Program-made: the position numbers and the translations under genes
Shown: in pieces, positions 19,355 to 27,934 of the stretch
Layout of the letters: each line of letters starts with the position of its first letter
Position numbering within the stretch: the stretch's first letter is position 1
The notes under the pieces: model-generated
What the model was told of the DNA's origin: nothing
Seen by the model: the letters and a program-made list of their open reading frames with translations, nothing else
Databases searched by the model: none
From: Frankiaceae bacterium
Lineage (GTDB): Bacteria > Actinomycetota > Actinomycetes > JAFAQI01
DNA: 64,000 nucleotides
Assembly (NCBI GenBank): GCA_019239875.1
Contig: JAFAZI010000031.1
Location: forward strand, 9,233 to 73,232
Reading direction: 5' to 3'

Positions 19355-20257
19355 CTACTGCACGACCCAGCGCGGCGGATTCTTGACGTCGGCGTCACCG
19401 AGTTGTTGTGCCAGCAGCTCGTTCCACGGTTTGTACAGGGCGCTCACCATGCGTCGCGACGCCTCAGGGATCGGTCGGACCTCCGACTCGCGTTGATTCA
19501 CCGCTTCGTAAAGTCGCCTGCTGCGGGCGTACAGCGACGGGTACCGCCGGAACAGCGCGCGTGACCGCTTCGCCGCGCTGGCAGCGATCCGCTGCGCGGT
19601 CGGGCTGCGGTAGCTGCCAGAGGTGTTCTCCGCATCGGCATTCACCGTGGCCCCGCGCGGGTCGATGCCCAGGCGACGACTGACCTGGGCCAGGACGCCG
19701 TACGGGTTGGTGGTGAGGTCGTCGAAGAAGTAGATGTCACAGCGGCCCGGAAAGGTTTCGAGCCAGGCCGGCAGGTGGCGGGCGTACTGCCCGCCCACGA
19801 GCCCCGTGTAGACATTGTTCGCGCGATCGTTGATCTCGCTGTCCGGGACAGCTTGGCACCGCTCGACGTACTCCTGGAGTGTCATGTCCGCGGGCAGCTG
19901 CAGCCGGACCTGCATGAACCGGTAGAACGAGATGAGCCGGCTGATCGGCTCGCGGAGGACGATCGCGACCCGTGGATCGCAGACCTCCTTGATGGCCTCG
20001 GCTGTCGGCGCGCCGCCGTAGAAGTAGTCCGGCGTGCACTCCATCGTGACTGGCTGGCCGCTGCAGCGTTTGAAATAGGACTGGTACTCCGAGAGTGGTG
20101 CCAGCGGCTCGCCATACCGGATTGCCTGGAAGTACCGCGTCTCTTTCGTCGACGAGGCGCAGACCTGCGGGTGCGTGGCAAGCGCGTTGAACAGTGTCGT
20201 CGTGCCCGCGCGGCTGACGCCAACCACCACGAAGTTTGGCAGCGCCGCGCTGGTCAC
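19355..20257 (-). CDS. PAPS-dependent sulfotransferase
   Basis: PNFVVVGVSRAGTTTL 5'-PSB loop, KETRYF, ECTPDY, LREPISRLIS 3'-PB motif. Confidence 0.88.
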   Translation of the reverse strand: MTSAALPNFVVVGVSRAGTTTLFNALATHPQVCASSTKETRYFQAIRYGEPLAPLSEYQSYFKRCSGQPVTMECTPDYFYGGAPTAEAIKEVCDPRVAIVLREPISRLISFYRFMQVRLQLPADMTLQEYVERCQAVPDSEINDRANNVYTGLVGGQYARHLPAWLETFPGRCDIYFFDDLTTNPYGVLAQVSRRLGIDPRGATVNADAENTSGSYRSPTAQRIAASAAKRSRALFRRYPSLYARSRRLYEAVNQRESEVRPIPEASRRMVSALYKPWNELLAQQLGDADVKNPPRWVVQ

Positions 20258-20311
20258 GCCCTACCCCCGCGTCCTCGATCACCGGTCATCGTGCTGTGGC
20301 AGGGTGAATCT

Positions 20312-21031
20312 ATGTCAGCCGCCGATGCCTCACCGACGGTGGCAGGCGTCGTCGTCATCATCCCGGCCCTCAACGAGGAAGTTCGCATCTCGGCGACGGT
20401 CGGATCGGCACAGCGCCTGGCGAATGTCTGCCATGTCATCGTCGCCGACGACGGCTCCACCGACAGCACAGCGGAGCTGGCGTCTGCGGCTGGCGCTCAG
20501 GTCGTCCGTCACGACCGGCGGCGTGGCAAGGCAGCGGCAATGACGACCGGCGCTGCTGCCGCAAGGGAGGCGGGGTACGGCGAGTACCCCCTGCTGTTCC
20601 TCGACGCTGATCTGGAGGCGTCTGCGGCGAACGCCGGCCCGCTCATCGCACCGGTCATCAAGGGGGCGGCGGACATGACGATCGCTGTCCTTCCGCCGGC
20701 GGTCGGCGGTGGCGGCAGGGGGTTCGTCATGCGATTAGCCGCGTCAGGTATCGAGCAGGCGACCGGCTGGCGTCCGACCGCGCCGTTGTCCGGGCAGCGG
20801 TGCATCACGCGAGGACTGTTCGACTCGGTCCTGCCGCTGGCGCCGGGCTTCGGTGTCGAGACCGGTCTGACCATCGACGCCCTGCGGCACGGTGCCAAGG
20901 TCAAGGAATGCCCCGCCGACCTCGGGCATCGCGTCACGGGCACCAGCTTCCGGGACCAACGACATCGGGCGCGCCAGTACCGCGACGTGTGGCGGGCGCT
21001 GGCGGCCCGGCGGGTCATCCGGTTCCGCTGA
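20312..21031 (+). CDS. GT2 glycosyltransferase
   Basis: IIPALNEE, ADDGSTD, GKAAAM, FLDAD, PLSGQR, GFGVE. Confidence 0.88.
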   Translation: MSAADASPTVAGVVVIIPALNEEVRISATVGSAQRLANVCHVIVADDGSTDSTAELASAAGAQVVRHDRRRGKAAAMTTGAAAAREAGYGEYPLLFLDADLEASAANAGPLIAPVIKGAADMTIAVLPPAVGGGGRGFVMRLAASGIEQATGWRPTAPLSGQRCITRGLFDSVLPLAPGFGVETGLTIDALRHGAKVKECPADLGHRVTGTSFRDQRHRARQYRDVWRALAARRVIRFR

Positions 21032-21044
21032 TTACTCTGGCCGT

Positions 21045-22058
21045 GTGCCGATAGCGACGCTGGACCAGCTGAGTCGGCCGGTCCGCGACCTGCGCCTGTC
21101 GGTCACCGACCGCTGCAACTTTCGCTGCCCGTATTGCATGCCCCGGTCGAAGTTCGGCGCCGACCATGCCTTCTCCCCGCGGGCGGAGCTCCTGACCTAC
21201 GAGGAGCTTGCCCGGCTGGTGGGCATCTTCGCGGGGCTCGGCGTGACCAAGGTCCGGCTCACCGGCGGCGAGCCACTGCTTCGCCGTGACCTCGAGACGT
21301 TGATCGCCATGATCGCGGCCACGCCGGGGATCGACGACGTTGCACTGACCACGAACGGGTCGCTGCTCGCCGATCGAGCCGCGACCCTGCGCGCGGCCGG
21401 CTTGCGCCGGATCACCGTCAGTCTCGACAGCGTCGACCCGCAGATGTTTGCCGCCATGACCGACTCCCCGATCGCGCTCGACACCGTGCTGGGTGGAATC
21501 GCAGCAGCGCAGGCAGCCGGCCTGACACCGGTGAAGGTGAACGCCGTCGTGCAGCGCGGCGTGAACGAGGCCGGTCTGCTCGACCTCGCGGAGTTCGCCC
21601 GGCAACAGGGCCTCGTGCTTCGCTTCATCGAGTACATGGACGTCGGCACGACGAACGAGTGGCAGAGCGGTGCCGTCGTACCGGCGGCGGAGATCATCGA
21701 ACGGATCGCCGCCGTGCACCCGCTCGAGCCGATCGCGGCGACGATTCGCGGCGAGGTCGCGAGACGCTGGCGGTACACCGATGGCGGTGGGGAGATCGGG
21801 GTGATCGCTTCCGTCACCCAGCCGTTCTGCACCGACTGCACCCGCGCCCGGGTGACGGCGACCGGCGAGTTGTTCACGTGTTTGTTCGCCGCGCGCGGTC
21901 GTGATCTCCGCGGGTTGCTTCGGGCAGGTGCATCCGACGCCGAGCTGGTGGATTTGATCGTAGGCGTGTGGCATGCGCGGACGGATCGGTACTCGGAGCA
22001 ACGCAGTGCGGATCACCAGAGCGGTCGCCGCGCCGAGATGAGCTACCTCGGAGGCTGA
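21045..22058 (+). CDS. moaA: GTP 3',8-cyclase (radical SAM)
   Basis: LRLSVTDRCNFRCPYCMP, LTGGEPL, FCxxCxR...CLF, C-terminal MSYLGG; TACTCT-N6-GTG. Confidence 0.96.
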   Translation: MPIATLDQLSRPVRDLRLSVTDRCNFRCPYCMPRSKFGADHAFSPRAELLTYEELARLVGIFAGLGVTKVRLTGGEPLLRRDLETLIAMIAATPGIDDVALTTNGSLLADRAATLRAAGLRRITVSLDSVDPQMFAAMTDSPIALDTVLGGIAAAQAAGLTPVKVNAVVQRGVNEAGLLDLAEFARQQGLVLRFIEYMDVGTTNEWQSGAVVPAAEIIERIAAVHPLEPIAATIRGEVARRWRYTDGGGEIGVIASVTQPFCTDCTRARVTATGELFTCLFAARGRDLRGLLRAGASDAELVDLIVGVWHARTDRYSEQRSADHQSGRRAEMSYLGG

Positions 22059-22088
22059 CCGGTCGCACCGCCGTTAGCCTTCTTGCCC

Positions 22089-22754
22089 ATGGGGCTGCGG
22101 ATCGTCATCGCCGAGGACTCGTTGCTGGTCCGCGAGGGTGTGCGGGGCGTGCTCGACAGCCAGGACGACTTCGAGGTTGTCGGGCTGTGCGAGGACTTCG
22201 ACGGGTTGCTGGCCGCAGCCGACGAGCACCAACCTGATGTCGTGGTCACCGACGTCCGGATGCCACCGACCCAGAGCGACGAGGGGATCCGTGCGGCGCT
22301 GCAGCTGCGCGAGACACATCCGCGCGTGGGGGTCGTCGTGCTGTCGCAGTACGCCGAGCCGGCGTACGCACTGCCGCTGCTCGAGACCGGCAGCGACGGC
22401 CGCGCGTACCTGCTCAAGGAGCGGGTCAGCGAGCCCGCTCAGCTCGCCGAGGCGGTCCGCGCTGTTGCAACCGGCGGATCGGTGATCGACCCGAAGGTCG
22501 TCGAGGTGCTCGTGTCCGCACGGTCCGCCCAGAGCAGATCCCCGCTCGAACAGCTCACACCTCGGGAGCTGGAGGTCCTCGCCGAGATCGCGCAGGGCAA
22601 GAACAACGCGGCAGTCGCGGCGGCGCTGTTCCTCACCGAGCGCGCTGTCGAGAAGCACATCAACGCGCTGTTCGCGAAGCTGCAGCTGACCGACGAACCC
22701 GACGTCAACCGCAGGGTGAAGGCGGTCCTTCTCTACCTGTCCGAGACTGCGTAG
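22089..22754 (+). CDS. NarL/LuxR-type response regulator
   Basis: IAED, VTDVRMPP, YLLK receiver; LTPRELEVL...VEKH HTH. Confidence 0.93.
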   Translation: MGLRIVIAEDSLLVREGVRGVLDSQDDFEVVGLCEDFDGLLAAADEHQPDVVVTDVRMPPTQSDEGIRAALQLRETHPRVGVVVLSQYAEPAYALPLLETGSDGRAYLLKERVSEPAQLAEAVRAVATGGSVIDPKVVEVLVSARSAQSRSPLEQLTPRELEVLAEIAQGKNNAAVAAALFLTERAVEKHINALFAKLQLTDEPDVNRRVKAVLLYLSETA

Positions 22755-22825
22755 TAGCACCCCCTCGGCTGGCATGTGGACACCCTTGGCCGTGACACCC
22801 GGGCACCGCACGATAGGAGGTCACC

Positions 22826-23200
22826 ATGGTGGAGGAGGCGAGCGAGATGGACGTGCTGGTCGTTGACGACCAGCCGACCTTCCGCGCCGTCGCTCGCACC
22901 CTGGTCGGTCTGACTCCAGGTTTGCGGGTCGCCGCCGAAGCTGAGTCCGGGGAGCAGGCGGTCGAGCTCGCCGGCCGGATCCATCCTCCTGTCGTGCTGA
23001 TGGACATCAACCTGCCCGGCATCTCGGGCATCGAGGCGACCCGGCTGCTGCGCGAGCACGACCCGTCGGTGACGGTGATCTTGATGTCCACGTACGCCGC
23101 TGCCGACCTCCCGGCGGACGCGATGGACAGCGGCGCCGTGGGCTACGTGCGCAAAGAAGACCTGACGCCGGCTGCGTTGACTGCCCTGCTACCCGACTGA
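22826..23200 (+). CDS. Stand-alone receiver-domain protein
   Basis: VVDD, MDINLPG, LMST, RK; no output domain; RBS AGGAGG. Confidence 0.9.
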   Translation: MVEEASEMDVLVVDDQPTFRAVARTLVGLTPGLRVAAEAESGEQAVELAGRIHPPVVLMDINLPGISGIEATRLLREHDPSVTVILMSTYAAADLPADAMDSGAVGYVRKEDLTPAALTALLPD

Positions 23201-24760
23201 CGCCGCGAGCGGCTCGCACGGTACGTCGCCGCGGATCGTCGTGCCGGTTCCGGCCGCAGAGATCACGGACAGGGTGCCGCCGATCGCGCCGAGCCGGTCG
23301 GCCATGTTGGTGAATCCGTGTCCGAACTCAGTTGCGGCCGGATCGAACCCGGGGCCGTTGTCGTGCACTTCGAACGCGAGGCCGGTGTCGGTCACGTTGA
23401 TCGTCACGCTGACTTCGGCACCCTCGCCGGCGTACTTGCCGGCGTTCTGTAGCGCCTCGAGACAGCAGAAGTACGCCGCTGCCTCCGCCTCCGCCGGGTA
23501 TCGGCCGGGGAGGTCGGCCGTGACCGAGACCGGAAGAACCGAGCGATTCGCGGCGGTGGCGAGCGCCTCCCGAAGCCCTCGGTCACGCAACAACGGCGGG
23601 TAGATTCCGTGCGCCAGCTCGCGCAGCTCGCCGATCGTGGTCTGGACGTCGGCCCGGAGCTCGTCCAGCAGCTCGGAGACCGTGGGGGAGCCCTCGCCCA
23701 CCACCTGTTTGGCGAGTCCGAGCTTCACGGCCAGGGCGACGAGGTGCTGTTGTGCTCCGTCGTGCAGGTTGCGCTCGATGGCACGCCGGGATTCATCTGA
23801 CGCGGCCACGATGCGGGCGCGGGAGGCCTGGAGCTCGACGTTGCGCTCTTGCAGCTCCTGCAGCGACGCCTGGAGAGCGGAGTCGAGCCGAACGTTGTGG
23901 AGCGCGAGGCCGACCTGGCGCGCGAGATCGGCAAGCACGCTGTCCTCGTCGTCGCCGTACGGCGGCGCCTGGCCGTCACGCCCGACGACGATCAGACCCA
24001 GCAGTTCGCCGAGATGGGCGATCGGTGCAACTCGGAACTGATGCCGCTCACGACCCTCGAGCATCGACGGCAACCAGACCTGCAACCACGTGTTGCCGCT
24101 GACCCGCGCGTGGGCGGCAACGCGTCGCTCCTCATCGCCGAGCTTGAGCGCGGGACGCCCCCGGTCGGGTACCGCAACGGCGATCTCGAGGTGGCCGTCG
24201 ATGCCGGTCCAGATCTCTGCGCCTGCCGGTCCGATCGTCGCGTGCAAGGTCTCGGCGAGTTGGAGCAACAGCTCGTCCATCGGAACGGCGCGAGTCATCC
24301 GGGCGCCGAACGTCTCCAACGCAGTCGACACCGGTCGCGGGTCCTCACCGGACCAGCGGCGGGCCAGGTCGAGCAGCCGCTGCCGCGCGGGCTCGGCGAG
24401 GATCACCGCAACGACGGCTGCCACCATCGACAGTCCAAGCACGTGTCGCTCGTTGCCTTCGGGTGAGGATCCGAGTCCGATCACGATCACGACGTACGCG
24501 CCGAGCACCAGACCGATCAGGCCACCGGTGACAACGCCGTACCGCAGCGCACGGTCGGCGTGGACTCGCAAGGCGGGGATCCGGCCCAGGATCAGCCCGA
24601 GTGGCAGACCAGCAAGCGCAACGAGACAGATCGCGCCGATCGCGCCGGGCCGCCCGACCAGCAGGTGGAAGCCGGTCGCCGTCCCGGCGACGACGACCGT
24701 CGCAAGGACTCCGGTGACGGTCCACAGGAAGCCGGAGGTGCGGGTCGTGGTTGTCGTCAT
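23189..24760 (-). CDS. Membrane sensor histidine kinase (TM-GAF-HisKA_3-HATPase)
   Basis: About 4 TM segments, GAF-like region, H-box ERNLHDGAQQHL, EALQNAGKY, DNGPGF, GFTNMADRL; TGATG-coupled to the permease. Confidence 0.92.
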   Translation of the reverse strand: MTTTTTRTSGFLWTVTGVLATVVVAGTATGFHLLVGRPGAIGAICLVALAGLPLGLILGRIPALRVHADRALRYGVVTGGLIGLVLGAYVVIVIGLGSSPEGNERHVLGLSMVAAVVAVILAEPARQRLLDLARRWSGEDPRPVSTALETFGARMTRAVPMDELLLQLAETLHATIGPAGAEIWTGIDGHLEIAVAVPDRGRPALKLGDEERRVAAHARVSGNTWLQVWLPSMLEGRERHQFRVAPIAHLGELLGLIVVGRDGQAPPYGDDEDSVLADLARQVGLALHNVRLDSALQASLQELQERNVELQASRARIVAASDESRRAIERNLHDGAQQHLVALAVKLGLAKQVVGEGSPTVSELLDELRADVQTTIGELRELAHGIYPPLLRDRGLREALATAANRSVLPVSVTADLPGRYPAEAEAAAYFCCLEALQNAGKYAGEGAEVSVTINVTDTGLAFEVHDNGPGFDPAATEFGHGFTNMADRLGAIGGTLSVISAAGTGTTIRGDVPCEPLAASVG

Positions 24761-27132
24761 CACTCTGCCCTCAGGATCTCGCTGACCCGCAGCCGCGCAG
24801 CGCGGCGCGCCGGGACAGTGGCGAGCGCGTTCGCTGCGGCGACCGTCGCCGGCACTGCGCCAAGTACGACGGCCAGGGCCAGCGGCGCGACGTACAGCAC
24901 CGGCGTCGCATGGGCCAGCACCCGCCATCCAGTGCGGCCGATCGCGACACCCAGGGGAATTCCGATCACGAGCCCGACGAGCGCGAGCACCGTGGCCTGC
25001 ACGATCACGATCAACCGGGTCTGCCACCGCGTCATGCCCAGGGCGCGGAGCACCGCCACATCACGGCGCCGACGCCGGACTGCGGTCGCGAGTCCGTGGC
25101 CGACCGCGCCGGTCGCCAGCAATAGGAGGAACCCGCCGAGCAGCATCGGCTCGATCCGCACGCTCCGCAGCTCGATCTGCTGCTGCGGCGTTATGAACTC
25201 CGTCGTCAAACCCACGCCGCCCGGCGCGAGGCCTTTCGGAAGTCGTGAGAAGGCCGCCTGCGGATCGACCCCGGGCGCCAGGTCGAACCGGACCTCATGG
25301 AACTTGTCATGCGCCTGGCTGGGCTGAACGACCGCGAAGCCGGCCGTGGTCAGCCACGCGCCGTCCGTGTAGTCGTTGTGAGGGTTCTCGGGGACGAAAG
25401 TGACGCCGCTGACGGTCAGTTGATGACCGTCCACCGAGACGGTGTCGCCAGCATGCATGCCGAGATCTTTCGCCGTGGTCGGTCCGAGCGAGATCTCGTC
25501 AGGGCCGACCGGCGCTCGACCGGACAGGGCGACGATGTCTACCGACCCGACGATCGGCGTGATCGACGTCGTACTCGTCGGGCGACCGTTGACGGTGACC
25601 ACCGCCACGCGCATGTCGTCGAGCGCCGCGATGTCAGGGTCGTGCTTGACCTCGGACAGTGCCTTGGCGAACGACGGCGGTGGCGCACCCTCACTGACGA
25701 AGCCGAACGCGTCGAAGGTCTGGCCGTAGCGGTTGAGGTCGTCCACGGTGCCCGACAGCCCGGCCCGGAAGGTGAGGGCGCCAACGACCCCGATGACGCC
25801 GGCGGCAGCGCCCGCGAGTGCGGGGCGCACCGGGACTCTGGCCTTTCCCCGACCTGGCTCGAGGGCGAACCGGGTGCCGAGGACCGCGCTGACGTGCAGC
25901 CGTGACCGACTCGCCGTGCTGGCCACCCACGAGCGGTGGTCCGGCTCGTCAGCCGACTCACGGGCGACCGTTCGCGACGACACGTAGGCGCCCAGGATTC
26001 CCAACCCCAGCACGCCGATTCCCCCGAGGCTGAGCACTAGGGGATCCAGGTTGGTACCGGGCGTCGGCTCGTACTTGCCCGCGATGCCGGAGGGAAAGAG
26101 CGAAGACATGGCGATGGCGCTCCCGACCGCCCCGATCGTGCCCGCGACCGATGCGATGACCGGGCCGCTCGCGGCCGCGAGCCGGATCTGGGTTCGATCC
26201 ATGCCGACGGCGCTGAGGGCTCGCAGCTCATCCGTCGCTCCGCTTCCGAACCTCGCGAACGCCTGACCCAGCAGGATCAACGAGGCAACGAGCGCGATCA
26301 GCGCGAAGAGCAGCCAGCTGATCGTGGTGAACGTTGCGGTGCGTTGCAGGATCCGGTCGACCGTGTGCTGGTCGGCAACCTGCACGTCGGCGTCGCCCGG
26401 GATGCTCGCGAGCTCCTTGGAGAACTCCGGGATGGCCGCAGCGCCACCGTTGAGAATGACTCGGGCGTTCTTGAAGTACGGGAAGACCGGTTTGATGAAC
26501 TTCACAAAGAACGCGTGGGTCGGCATGTAGACGGGCCCGCCGCCGGGCCCGAGGTCGAAGGTGTTGACGCCGATCCCGACGACGTGAAGCTGAACCGTCG
26601 GTCCGGCGTACGTCGTGCCCGGGGGGAACGCACTTCCCGGTCGCAACGAGTCGACCTGTGCCTTGGATGGCAGCTGAACCGAGATGGTGCGCCCGTACTT
26701 GCCGACGAAGCCCGGACTCGCCACGATCTCGTACGGGTTGCTCGGATCGGCGGTCCTACCGCTGATGATCTTGGGCCGATCGATTGCGATGTTCTGGGTG
26801 AGATCCCCACCCGGGAATCCGGCGACGGTGCCGAAGTCGAAGCCGACGCCCTTTGGCGCGACACCTTCAGCGAGCACGAACGTACCGAGCGTCTTCACCG
26901 CCGGCAGCCGGCGCACCGGACCCCATCGAAACCCGGGCTGGTTCGGCAGCACCATGACGTCGGCCGGCGCGATCGCGCTGTTGAGCCGGGTCAGCACGGT
27001 GTCGGTGCGCCGGGCTCCGGCTGTCGTGGCGATGATGACGCCGCCGGCCATCGTGATCAGCAGCGCGAGGACCACGAGGGAGCGCCATCGGCGCCGGAGG
27101 TCGAGGCGCGCGAACGCTAGTACGGCGGCCAT
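24760..27132 (-). CDS. FtsX/MacB-like ABC exporter permease (two repeats)
   Basis: LRRRWRS start, LRALSAVGM and AVLRALGMTR FtsX motifs, C-terminal LRAE. Confidence 0.9.
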   Translation of the reverse strand: MAAVLAFARLDLRRRWRSLVVLALLITMAGGVIIATTAGARRTDTVLTRLNSAIAPADVMVLPNQPGFRWGPVRRLPAVKTLGTFVLAEGVAPKGVGFDFGTVAGFPGGDLTQNIAIDRPKIISGRTADPSNPYEIVASPGFVGKYGRTISVQLPSKAQVDSLRPGSAFPPGTTYAGPTVQLHVVGIGVNTFDLGPGGGPVYMPTHAFFVKFIKPVFPYFKNARVILNGGAAAIPEFSKELASIPGDADVQVADQHTVDRILQRTATFTTISWLLFALIALVASLILLGQAFARFGSGATDELRALSAVGMDRTQIRLAAASGPVIASVAGTIGAVGSAIAMSSLFPSGIAGKYEPTPGTNLDPLVLSLGGIGVLGLGILGAYVSSRTVARESADEPDHRSWVASTASRSRLHVSAVLGTRFALEPGRGKARVPVRPALAGAAAGVIGVVGALTFRAGLSGTVDDLNRYGQTFDAFGFVSEGAPPPSFAKALSEVKHDPDIAALDDMRVAVVTVNGRPTSTTSITPIVGSVDIVALSGRAPVGPDEISLGPTTAKDLGMHAGDTVSVDGHQLTVSGVTFVPENPHNDYTDGAWLTTAGFAVVQPSQAHDKFHEVRFDLAPGVDPQAAFSRLPKGLAPGGVGLTTEFITPQQQIELRSVRIEPMLLGGFLLLLATGAVGHGLATAVRRRRRDVAVLRALGMTRWQTRLIVIVQATVLALVGLVIGIPLGVAIGRTGWRVLAHATPVLYVAPLALAVVLGAVPATVAAANALATVPARRAARLRVSEILRAE

Positions 27133-27188
27133 CACTCGGCTCGCAACACGTCAGCCGGCCGCCTCGTCCACACGAGGATGGCGGTCAC
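27132..27188 (-). pseudogene. 18-codon remnant of a second FtsX permease gene (in-frame deletion scar)
   Basis: GTG...TGA reads MTAILVWTRRPADVLRAE; GTGA overlap with the ATPase stop and TGATG overlap with the permease start; ends resemble permease N- and C-termini. Confidence 0.6.
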
Positions 27189-27934
27189 GGCGTGGCGACC
27201 GCCTCGGACGCCAGGTCATCGCTGACCACCTTGCCGTCGTGCATTCGAACGATGCGTGACGCGCCCGCCGCCACCTCGGCGGAGTGCGTGACCATCAGGA
27301 TCGTCTGCCCGTCGTCGTGCAATCGGCGGAACAGCTCGAGGACCTCGTTGCCGCCGTCACTGTCGAGGGCTCCGGTTGGCTCATCGGCGAGCAGCAGAGT
27401 TGGCGAGTTGACGAGAGCGCGAGCGATCGCCAGGCGTTGGCGTTGGCCGCCAGACAGCACGGCGGGCAGCTGTGCCGTGCGATCACCGAGGCCCAGCAGG
27501 TCTAGCAGATCACGAGCCCGCGACTCCGCCGGCTTGCGCTTCGATCCTCCGATCACTGCAGGGAGGACGAGGTTCTCGAGGCAGCTGACCCCGTCGAGCA
27601 GGTTGAAGAACTGGAAGACGATGCCGACGTTGTGCCGCCGGAACCGGGCTAGCCAGTCCTCGTCGCGCCCGGTGATGATCTGGCCGTCGACGACGATCTC
27701 GCCCTCGTCGGCGACGTCGAGTCCGGCGACGAGGTTCAACAAGGTCGACTTGCCGCAACCGGATGGGCCCATGAGGGCGACGAACTCGCCCGCGGCGATG
27801 TCTAGATCGGCACCTCGAAGCGCCCTGACCGGAGCCAGCTCGGCCGTGAACGTCTTCCGGACGCCTCGTACCGACAGCGCGCTGGCGGCAGGCGCGGCGG
27901 AGCTCGCTCCGGTGGCGTTGGTCGTGGTGGTCAT
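27185..27934 (-). CDS. ABC transporter ATP-binding protein (LolD/MacB-like)
   Basis: GPSGCGKS, LSGGQRQR, LLADEPTGALD, MVTH. Confidence 0.95.
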   Translation of the reverse strand: MTTTTNATGASSAAPAASALSVRGVRKTFTAELAPVRALRGADLDIAAGEFVALMGPSGCGKSTLLNLVAGLDVADEGEIVVDGQIITGRDEDWLARFRRHNVGIVFQFFNLLDGVSCLENLVLPAVIGGSKRKPAESRARDLLDLLGLGDRTAQLPAVLSGGQRQRLAIARALVNSPTLLLADEPTGALDSDGGNEVLELFRRLHDDGQTILMVTHSAEVAAGASRIVRMHDGKVVSDDLASEAVATP

